64,000 nt of DNA from a virus. The stretch covers positions 32,001-96,000 of the IMG/VR virus record IMGVR_UViG_3300020162_002681; one strand, 5' to 3'. Below, in pieces: positions 56,634 through 64,000 of this stretch. Every line of letters starts with the position of its first letter. Position 1 is the first letter of the stretch. The notes under the pieces are model-generated. The model saw only the letters and a list, made by a program, of their open reading frames with translations. It was not told the DNA's origin and did no database searches. Made by a program: the position numbers and the translations under genes.

Positions 56634-57041
56634 TTAACCCAGTTTACCGATATATTTGTTAGTGACAAAAGTAACGGGAAACGATTTGAGGGTTTCTTCA
56701 GTCGCTCCTACACGAATACCACCAGTTTCCTCATATTGGTAAGGGTACATGGTGTTACCGCGATAGAGAATACCTCCAGTCAAGCCAGTACCAGCAGTCA
56801 AGTTTACCTGACCTAATAGCATAGCTTCTTGGTTGGCATCGCAAATAGCTTGGATGTCTTCAGCAGCAGAAAGAGAGATACCACCGATATCGAAGGTGTA
56901 AGTACGGGCAGAGATGTTACCAGTAGCAACAAAGTCGCCAAGGTTAGCAACTGTAGAGTCGATAGATAGTTCACCAGCAGTAATTTTGTCTGCGGGAACA
57001 GGGATGCCATAAATCTTTGTTTGTTGAACGTTTAGAGACAT
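56634..57041 (-). CDS. putative distal tail protein
   Basis: directly downstream of tape measure. Confidence 0.5.
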   Translation of the reverse strand: MSLNVQQTKIYGIPVPADKITAGELSIDSTVANLGDFVATGNISARTYTFDIGGISLSAAEDIQAICDANQEAMLLGQVNLTAGTGLTGGILYRGNTMYPYQYEETGGIRVGATEETLKSFPVTFVTNKYIGKLG

Positions 57042-57101
57042 TTATTTTAGTTTGTTCACTATTTTCTCCAATTATACCACCGAGGAAGGATTGACAAAAA
57101 G

Positions 57102-60100
57102 CTACACTCCAAAGGCAGTTTTAGACAAGTCAAGAAATTGTTTGCCAAAATCATTGAATGCCTTAGAAATAACATCACCACTCTTACCGACAGCAGCACC
57201 AACTTTATTAAGGCTATCTCCACTAAACGAAGTCTTAACTCCATCAAGGCTAATAGTGTTGTTAACGACTACAGATAGATTTTGCTGACTAGAAGCTGAT
57301 GCGGGGTTCTGAGGCTTGTTAGGAGATGCAGCAGCAAACTCATTGGTGATTTTCTTTGCATCTTTTTGCAGGAATGCTTGGTACTCTTGAGCTTGCTGTT
57401 TTATAGTATCTCTAGTGTTTCCGCCAATACCTTGCAGTTCCTTTTGTGTTTGGTCAAACGAAGCACCAAAAGGCTTGCGCTCCTCTATTTGTTGAATAGG
57501 TTGCTGCCTAGAGAGGTTGATTCCATTGCGTAACGCTGCAAAGACTTCGGGCGAACCTAAGCCAGCCGTAGGATTATTTTTAGCAATTTCCAAAATTTGA
57601 GACTGACCACTCAAATCAATGTTACGGATTTTGCTTTGAGTTTCCTGTCTAACTACGTTTTGAGTATCAGTATTCAGTGCTAATGACTTAGCTGTTTGTG
57701 CTTGCGCGTCAGCAATGTTTTTTGGTATGTTTCCGATAACTTGATTGACTGAACTGATGTCGCCAACTTGAATACCGCTTGTAGGGTCAATTTTTTCTAC
57801 GAGTTTGCCTAGCAACTGAGTCTGAGTCAACGCATTAGTCAACATCAAATTCTCAGTCAGTAATTGTTGGCGCTGAACTTCTAGTGTATTGAGTTCTTTT
57901 TCCCCAGTTCGACCAGCTTCATTCTTATCGGCTTTTGTTTTGTCGATTGTACCGAGAATTTCGTTGCGTCCAACTAAGGCTTGAGCCGCAGGGTTGTTTT
58001 GTCCAAACAAGCCAAGAACTGAGTTGCTGAAACCTCTGGTAGCCTGATTACTTTGTAGTGTAGTCTGTTCTCTTCGTCCTTGCAGGTCTAGCCGCGCATT
58101 AGCTAGATTGGCAACCTTATCAAGTTTGTCTGCCCCTTCTTTAGCAATTGCGCCAAATCTTTCAAGGGAAGCGTTTACTCCTTCGAGAATAGTGCGTTGC
58201 TTGATATACTGCAAGTCACGGTCGGCTTCAGCTTTAGCAGTCTTAAGTTGTTTTTCAATATCCTTTTGTTGTTTTTCAAGGTCAGGATTACTTACACCAC
58301 TTTTTTTAGCATCGGCATTGGCGCTAGCTACTCGGTCACGAACAACTTGAACTGTGTTTAGTCGAGCAGTTATTTTGCTGATTTCTTTGTTGGCATCAAG
58401 AAGTACTTGACCAGTCCTATCGGATAGCTTAGAGCCAATATTACTAAAGACAGAGCCAAGCGAAGAGGCAGAAAAGAGAGACGAGGCAGTGGAGCCAAGC
58501 GAACTAAATGCATCTCCTATACCTTTAGAGATATCTATTAGACGTTGTTGCCCAGCAAAGCTTGCGTCAATGGCAGCTTCATTACGTGCAATAGTCTCAG
58601 CTAACGCCCCAATCTCTTGTTTGAGGCGATTAGCTACGACTGTGAACTTAAGGTCTTGCTCAGCTTGCTGAACGACTTTCTTGGCACTTTCGAGGTCTAT
58701 GCTATTCACACGCTCTTTAAGTTGGTCAGAAGCGCCTACTACATCGCTAGCACGTTTTTTTGCGGAGTCTATATCAGATTGTTTAGAGCTTTCTGATTTT
58801 TGAGTGTTTGCAAGCAATAAGTCAGCTATTTTTGTTGCTTCATCGCCTTGACCATTACCTAAGTTTTGAAGTTCTCTCAAATTAATAAATTTGCCGTCTT
58901 CATTAGAGGTAACTATGCTATTGACCTTTTCATTAGCAATCTTATCTACTTTAGCTGTATTGCTTACCCTACCTGAATTACGAAGCTTAGTCCTTTGCTC
59001 TTCTATTAGGGTAGTTATTTGCGAATCATCAATTTTGACTAAACCTTTATCGGTAGCCTCTCTGCTTTTTTGCAAAGACTGTTCAGCTAAAGTCTGGTCT
59101 TTTTTAGCTGTATCTTTTACTTGTTGCACTGCTTGGGTATTTGCCAAGTCAATTTTGGTATTTGCTGCCCCACTTGAGCTAGAATCTTCTACTGAAATAT
59201 TTCCAGATTTCAAGACTTGTTGCAGTTGTTTTTGCCTGTTACCCAGTTCAGCTTGTGCAGCTTCAAGAATATTGTTTTTCGTGATTTCTTCTTCTCGCGC
59301 CGAGATAGCCAAAGACTCTTGCTTGACAGACAATTCCTTTTCTGCCGCAGCCAGCTTAGCTTGTGCCAATGAGACACTAAAGGAGCCAAATTTACTTTCT
59401 TGTGCAAATACAGAGACAATATTTTTCTGAACTTCAAGCAAGCCTTGATTGAAAGTCAATAGTTGCTTACGTTTACCAAGTTCTTCGCTAATTTGCCCAG
59501 AATTTTTTACACTAAAAGCTTCGGCACTTAAATCCGCAATCTTACTTAATCTATCTGCATAGTCCTGAGCGCTAATGTTGGGAGCAGCAAGAGAGGCACG
59601 AAGAGCTTCGATGTTACCTTTAATGCCTTGAAGACTTTTCTTAGTCGCACTGCCAATAGCTTCGCCCCCAACAGCACCAGCCCCTGAAATTACTGAGAAT
59701 AATTTTGTGTAAGAATTTGTTACGGTGTTGTTGTAGCTAAGTATTTTATCAGTGGCAACCTTAAAGGCTTCATCCATTGCTTTTTGAGCAGTGGGGTCTG
59801 AAGCAACAAATTGCATCACTCTAACATCTTTAGTTAGTCTTTGTAGACCTTCTATAGCTCCTTTAGGGTCTATATCCGCTTGAACGGTAATATTGCTCAA
59901 AACACCCTGTAATTTAGGAAGTATCTTGGAAAACTCTTGTGGGTCTACTTTAGAGATATCAATTTTATCTATAACAAAAACTTTATCCAGAGTTTCTTTT
60001 AGTTGATTAAATTGAGCCTTTGCTGAACTGTTAAATGCTACGCTGGTACTTACTGCAATAGGAACTGCACTATTAAAACTTTGGAGTTTCCTTAGTTGAC

Positions 60101-62873
60101 TAGAAAGGATAATTCTTTTTTGTTCATTATCCGCAGCTTTCTCTTGTTCTTTACTTTGAGCTTGTAAGGCTTGTAGTTGGTCTTGAAAATCTTGAACTCT
60201 TTCCCGACTTCCAATACCACCCTTCTCTTCTTCACTCTTTATTTTTGCGCGAATACCTTCAAGACGTTTTTCAATTATATCTTTCTGACCTTCAAAAGAA
60301 CTCTTGACAGCTTGAACATCTTCTTCATTAAGAACAATCCCAAGTTGAATTTTCTGCTTTACAGTTTTTTCAGACTCTGTAATAGCTTTAAAATCGCCAG
60401 TCTTTATATTTGCTTGGTCAGTATTGATTTGGGAAGTTAACAGTGCTGTTGACTGGTCTATCTTCTTTTGGAATACGTCATTTTGAGCAGCATTACCATT
60501 GAGTATATTGAAACTTTGACCTAGGTTACTGATTACAGTATTGAGTACTCTCGCTTCTTCGCTCATAGCTTTTAGTTGAGAGCGAGTATCTGTAATACCT
60601 TTTACAAAGTCGTCAAGTCCTGCAACACCCTTAAGTTCCTTTAAATTCTCAGTAAGCTCCTGTACTTCGGGAATACTAGCAGCATTACTATAAGCGTTGA
60701 AAGCTGTGATACCTCCAGCTATCGCTGTGGTGGCGAGGGCAATCCCTCCTCCGACAAGACCTGTAGACAAGGCAAAACTTCCAAGCTCTTTAGCCGCACC
60801 GCCAATAACGTTACGAATTGGTGCAGTAGCTTTACCTAATTTGCTTATTGCTCCCCCTGCTTTATTAAGTAAATCATTATCGCCAGAAGCCAACCCAATA
60901 ACACCACTTACAGTACCTTTGACAGTATTCCCTACTGCTCGACCAGCACGTAGAATTTCACTGCGCTCTGTTATAGATGCAGGATTTTTAACGGGGGCAG
61001 GTTTTGTGACTACAGGAGAAGTTTGTGGTGTCTGTACTTGGGGGGAAGATATAACATCGGCAGCTACTTTTGCGGTATCACTGCCAACCTTAGCAATTTC
61101 GTCATTAACTTGAGTTACAAGCCCCTTAACTCTCTTTACTACAGCACTAGCTAGACGAACTACAGCATCTTCAATCTTTTGAGCTAAGGTCTTAACATTA
61201 ATATCCCCCTCATCAAGTTTCAATGCAGATTTAATTGTCTGACCTAAACGACCAAGATTCTTAAACAGAAAGGAGAAAAATGCAAGAGGAGCGACCACAC
61301 TGAATACGCTACCGATAAACCCAGAGACAGCTTGAAACTTATTAGCTATACCATCAAGTTGACCTGCAAATGTACCAAAACTACTGCTGCTCTTAGTCGC
61401 AAGAACACCAAGCAATGTATTGGTATCTTGGAGGTTCTTTTTGACTTCTTCCCCTACACCAGAGCCAAAATCTTCTACAGCAGCTTGAGACTTATTAAAC
61501 GAAGACCTAAATGCTCCTTCAAGAGTTTGCCCTCTTTCTTTGGAGCTTTGGGTTAATTTATCTTGACCTTGAGTAGTTCCAGCCTCCTCGATAGTGGCTC
61601 GGAAGTTCTTACGGTTTTCACCGCCAGATTGCAACAATGCGTTAGCGGCTTTGACTGCTTCGCTTGAACCAAAGACTTTATTAAGAGCATCACGACTTCC
61701 TCCAGTCGCTTTACCCAAACGTTCAATAAGTTTTACCAAACCCTCTTCTTTAAGAGCGCCAAAACCAAATTGAATAGGCTTACCAGCTTCGTCTCTTAAA
61801 GTACCAAGAGCTTCCTGAGCCTTAGAGCTATTATTGACAATTTCGTTGACAAGAGATTTAATTGCAGTAGAGCCTTCCCCTGCTGAAATACCTTGGGTAG
61901 TAACAAGAGCTAACGAGGTAGCCATTTCCTCAAAGGAAACTCCAGCAGACGCACCAGTTGAGGTTAATTCAGCCGCCTCAGCATTTAATTGGTCAAGGGT
62001 GAGAATACCTACCTTAGTCGTTGCAAAGAGCTGTGCAGCCCGTTTGTCGGCATCTCTAAAGCTGTCACCAAGATTCTTGTTTGCAGCAAGTATTTTAACA
62101 ATACCTTCGTTAGTTCCTTCCAGATTACCGAAACCAACTTCCGAAAGATTTACGGAAGCTTTACCGACACTTTTTTGAGCTGACTTAGAGTTAAAGCCAG
62201 CAGAAGCAATATCATACTGAGCATTTAAGGTTTGTGCAGAATTAGTTGCAAAGTTTGTTTCGCGTTGCAATTCTCGTAATGCTTTGATACGAGCGCCAAC
62301 CACACTCAAGGCAGACTCCTCTGACGAGGTGGTGATTGTGGCAAGTCGGAATGCTGCACTCTCTACTTTGCTGTAAGCTGCAACTGCGCCAATAGACCAT
62401 TTTTGATACGATTGGTTGTCAAAGATAATTTGACTGGCAGTACTGATACGGTTGAACGTGGTATCAGAAGTTTCTTCAAGAATTTTAATGTTGGCAGCAA
62501 ATTCTTTTGTCCCTAGAATCGCTTCACTGAAACTAATGCTTTTACTTACACCCGCAAGACTTTTTAAAGATTGCGCAGCCGCATCTATAATGCTTTTTGC
62601 ACCTTGAAGCTTACTAAAGGCACTACTAATATTTGCAATACCGAATGTGGCATTTACCGCAATAGAGCCAACCGCAGTGAGAGATGTACCTAGCTTAGCC
62701 GTTTGACTTATATTAGACGACCAAGCCCCTGATAACTTTGTAAGCCCTTTTTCAAGCTCTACAACGTTACCAAGCGTACCTTTAATATCGTCCCCAATAT
62801 TTAGAGTGCCTTTATTGATGGCATCTCTAAGCCCTAACTGAGCTGGAGTTGTATCTATTGCTGGCGCTGCCAT
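57102..62873 (-). CDS. tail tape measure protein
   Basis: 1923 aa helical A/Q/K-rich; YDIASAG, AGVSFEEM, GSTAIKS, VFGSSEA TP901-type motifs. Confidence 0.9.
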   Translation of the reverse strand: MAAPAIDTTPAQLGLRDAINKGTLNIGDDIKGTLGNVVELEKGLTKLSGAWSSNISQTAKLGTSLTAVGSIAVNATFGIANISSAFSKLQGAKSIIDAAAQSLKSLAGVSKSISFSEAILGTKEFAANIKILEETSDTTFNRISTASQIIFDNQSYQKWSIGAVAAYSKVESAAFRLATITTSSEESALSVVGARIKALRELQRETNFATNSAQTLNAQYDIASAGFNSKSAQKSVGKASVNLSEVGFGNLEGTNEGIVKILAANKNLGDSFRDADKRAAQLFATTKVGILTLDQLNAEAAELTSTGASAGVSFEEMATSLALVTTQGISAGEGSTAIKSLVNEIVNNSSKAQEALGTLRDEAGKPIQFGFGALKEEGLVKLIERLGKATGGSRDALNKVFGSSEAVKAANALLQSGGENRKNFRATIEEAGTTQGQDKLTQSSKERGQTLEGAFRSSFNKSQAAVEDFGSGVGEEVKKNLQDTNTLLGVLATKSSSSFGTFAGQLDGIANKFQAVSGFIGSVFSVVAPLAFFSFLFKNLGRLGQTIKSALKLDEGDINVKTLAQKIEDAVVRLASAVVKRVKGLVTQVNDEIAKVGSDTAKVAADVISSPQVQTPQTSPVVTKPAPVKNPASITERSEILRAGRAVGNTVKGTVSGVIGLASGDNDLLNKAGGAISKLGKATAPIRNVIGGAAKELGSFALSTGLVGGGIALATTAIAGGITAFNAYSNAASIPEVQELTENLKELKGVAGLDDFVKGITDTRSQLKAMSEEARVLNTVISNLGQSFNILNGNAAQNDVFQKKIDQSTALLTSQINTDQANIKTGDFKAITESEKTVKQKIQLGIVLNEEDVQAVKSSFEGQKDIIEKRLEGIRAKIKSEEEKGGIGSRERVQDFQDQLQALQAQSKEQEKAADNEQKRIILSSQLRKLQSFNSAVPIAVSTSVAFNSSAKAQFNQLKETLDKVFVIDKIDISKVDPQEFSKILPKLQGVLSNITVQADIDPKGAIEGLQRLTKDVRVMQFVASDPTAQKAMDEAFKVATDKILSYNNTVTNSYTKLFSVISGAGAVGGEAIGSATKKSLQGIKGNIEALRASLAAPNISAQDYADRLSKIADLSAEAFSVKNSGQISEELGKRKQLLTFNQGLLEVQKNIVSVFAQESKFGSFSVSLAQAKLAAAEKELSVKQESLAISAREEEITKNNILEAAQAELGNRQKQLQQVLKSGNISVEDSSSSGAANTKIDLANTQAVQQVKDTAKKDQTLAEQSLQKSREATDKGLVKIDDSQITTLIEEQRTKLRNSGRVSNTAKVDKIANEKVNSIVTSNEDGKFINLRELQNLGNGQGDEATKIADLLLANTQKSESSKQSDIDSAKKRASDVVGASDQLKERVNSIDLESAKKVVQQAEQDLKFTVVANRLKQEIGALAETIARNEAAIDASFAGQQRLIDISKGIGDAFSSLGSTASSLFSASSLGSVFSNIGSKLSDRTGQVLLDANKEISKITARLNTVQVVRDRVASANADAKKSGVSNPDLEKQQKDIEKQLKTAKAEADRDLQYIKQRTILEGVNASLERFGAIAKEGADKLDKVANLANARLDLQGRREQTTLQSNQATRGFSNSVLGLFGQNNPAAQALVGRNEILGTIDKTKADKNEAGRTGEKELNTLEVQRQQLLTENLMLTNALTQTQLLGKLVEKIDPTSGIQVGDISSVNQVIGNIPKNIADAQAQTAKSLALNTDTQNVVRQETQSKIRNIDLSGQSQILEIAKNNPTAGLGSPEVFAALRNGINLSRQQPIQQIEERKPFGASFDQTQKELQGIGGNTRDTIKQQAQEYQAFLQKDAKKITNEFAAASPNKPQNPASASSQQNLSVVVNNTISLDGVKTSFSGDSLNKVGAAVGKSGDVISKAFNDFGKQFLDLSKTAFGV

Positions 62874-62917
62874 TCCTACCTACATTCTTTTCTGCCTCTG
62901 TTTATTGTACCATCAGG

Positions 62918-63328
62918 CTAATTGAAAAACTCAAAGCTGTATTTCTTGATACCTCTTAATGTCTTTTTCTGTTCAAGTCCTCGCCAAGAGAAAGGTTTGT
63001 CGGACACTTCATCCAACAGCTCGTTGAATTTTTCATTCTTCAATTCTTGGATTTTAATATCGGGAGAACGTGCAGATTCGCGCTTAAGGGCTAAAAGTGT
63101 GCGAATTTCCCAGTAATCGAGAGTTCTCCACAACTCCAAAGCATTCTCTGGATATGCAGAGAGAAGGCAGTCGAGTATAATATCGCTGCCCTCAAATTCT
63201 ACAGGGTCTTGAAACTGAGGGAAATACGGTTCGGTTAGTTTGCTTCTGTTTTTGGTTTTGACGCTTCCACCAGAGTCTCCAGTTCCTTCTCTCTGTCCAG
63301 AAGAATCTTGCCTTGACTCAATCTCCAC
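62918..63328 (-). CDS. tail assembly chaperone -1 frame extension (gpGT-like)
   Basis: no ATG in frame; overlaps end of upstream ORF in the -1 frame; precedes tape measure. Confidence 0.65.
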   Translation of the reverse strand: MEIESRQDSSGQREGTGDSGGSVKTKNRSKLTEPYFPQFQDPVEFEGSDIILDCLLSAYPENALELWRTLDYWEIRTLLALKRESARSPDIKIQELKNEKFNELLDEVSDKPFSWRGLEQKKTLRGIKKYSFEFFN

Positions 63329-63765
63329 TGATGCCAGTGAATTTGGAGTTGAGACTGGAAGGGCAAAAAATGTAATTTACTTACCTCTGGTTCGGTAGCA
63401 CCTTCTACATATGCGCGAGTTTTTTCGTCAATTGAACCGTTAAAAATTAGCTTAACAAGTTGCTCCCAATTGTCTTTGATGTCTTCATAATCTAAATAAA
63501 CATCATTGTTGTCTGCATCTTTTTTACCTTGTACTGGAAGTAGCCCCACATATTCTCTGATAAGCTCTACTACATCGTCCTCTACAAAAAGTTCAGCAAT
63601 AGCACCATTGGATTGTACATACTTGCCAGTCAATTCACTTTGTAATTCAATAAGCCGTTTCAAATTGCTTTGAGGTGTACGTTTAACTCGGCATTTAGTT
63701 CCATCATCTAGAACGACTTCGAGGGTTTGGTAAGATGGTTTGCTTGATACTGATGAGGCTGCCAT
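63235..63765 (-). CDS. tail assembly chaperone (gpG-like)
   Basis: position upstream of tape measure; AGGA SD. Confidence 0.65.
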   Translation of the reverse strand: MAASSVSSKPSYQTLEVVLDDGTKCRVKRTPQSNLKRLIELQSELTGKYVQSNGAIAELFVEDDVVELIREYVGLLPVQGKKDADNNDVYLDYEDIKDNWEQLVKLIFNGSIDEKTRAYVEGATEPEVSKLHFLPFQSQLQIHWHQWRLSQGKILLDREKELETLVEASKPKTEAN

Positions 63766-63964
63766 AGAATTGTCCTAGTTCTGTTTTTTCGTTGAGTAAA
63801 GTATTGTTTTGTAAAATCAAGTCTGGCTGGAAGCTGTATATTCCTTTATAGCCATAAGACTCATTTCGAGGCTCTTCAGTCTGATGCACAGACCTTAGAA
63901 AGAAGGTTTCTATTTTTCCGTCAAAAGATATAACGTAGAAAAATAAGTCAAATATGTAGTCCAA
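63704..63964 (-). CDS. hypothetical protein
   Basis: 86 aa ORF, TGCTATAGT extended -10 upstream. Confidence 0.45.
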   Translation of the reverse strand: MDYIFDLFFYVISFDGKIETFFLRSVHQTEEPRNESYGYKGIYSFQPDLILQNNTLLNEKTELGQFYGSLISIKQTILPNPRSRSR

Positions 63965-64000
63965 TACGAGTGGACTTTCGTAGTAACTACTATAGCATAG

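Noticed and set aside
58108-62183. Several + strand ORFs inside the tape measure gene
   Set aside because: Antisense shadows of a long, clearly coding gene
1-64000. Genome-wide TAG recoding
   Set aside because: Very long genes (1013-1923 aa) have no internal TAG, TGG is used normally, several genes end naturally at TAG including shared CTAG junctions, and no suppressor tRNA is in the window

Overview
This is a 64 kb segment of a large tailed dsDNA phage genome. The host is probably a cyanobacterium; that is inferred from a cyanobacterial-type RHH protein, PhoH, an Hsp20-like gene and a DUF928-like peptide motif. Runs of short, translationally coupled + strand genes (ThyA-like, macrodomain, NADAR-like, Hsp20-like, PhoH, many hypotheticals) are interleaved with virion genes that lie mostly on the - strand (LamG, beta-propeller and FN3 tail proteins, RuvC, portal, baseplate-like proteins, tape measure, and a tail assembly chaperone with a probable -1 frameshift). 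A seven-tRNA cluster at 40.5-42.1 kb contains an HNH endonuclease and an unexplained ~220 nt structured RNA. The most notable observations are: (1) a second structured ncRNA directly downstream of the portal gene, sharing a 13-bp promoter motif with the tRNA operon; (2) a GIY-YIG endonuclease paired divergently with an unannotated RHH gene, with a truncated second RHH copy 5.3 kb away that differs only at synonymous sites over 26 codons; (3) a shared [FY]-[AV]-[DEN]-F motif at the termini of four low-complexity late proteins, a candidate head-packaging or protease signal; (4) -10 boxes exactly 6 nt before five late ATGs, implying leaderless mRNAs; (5) seven convergent gene junctions whose stop codons overlap; (6) in-frame TAG codons at Trp-like positions in early ORFs. 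All calls come from reading the sequence by eye; no searches were run.
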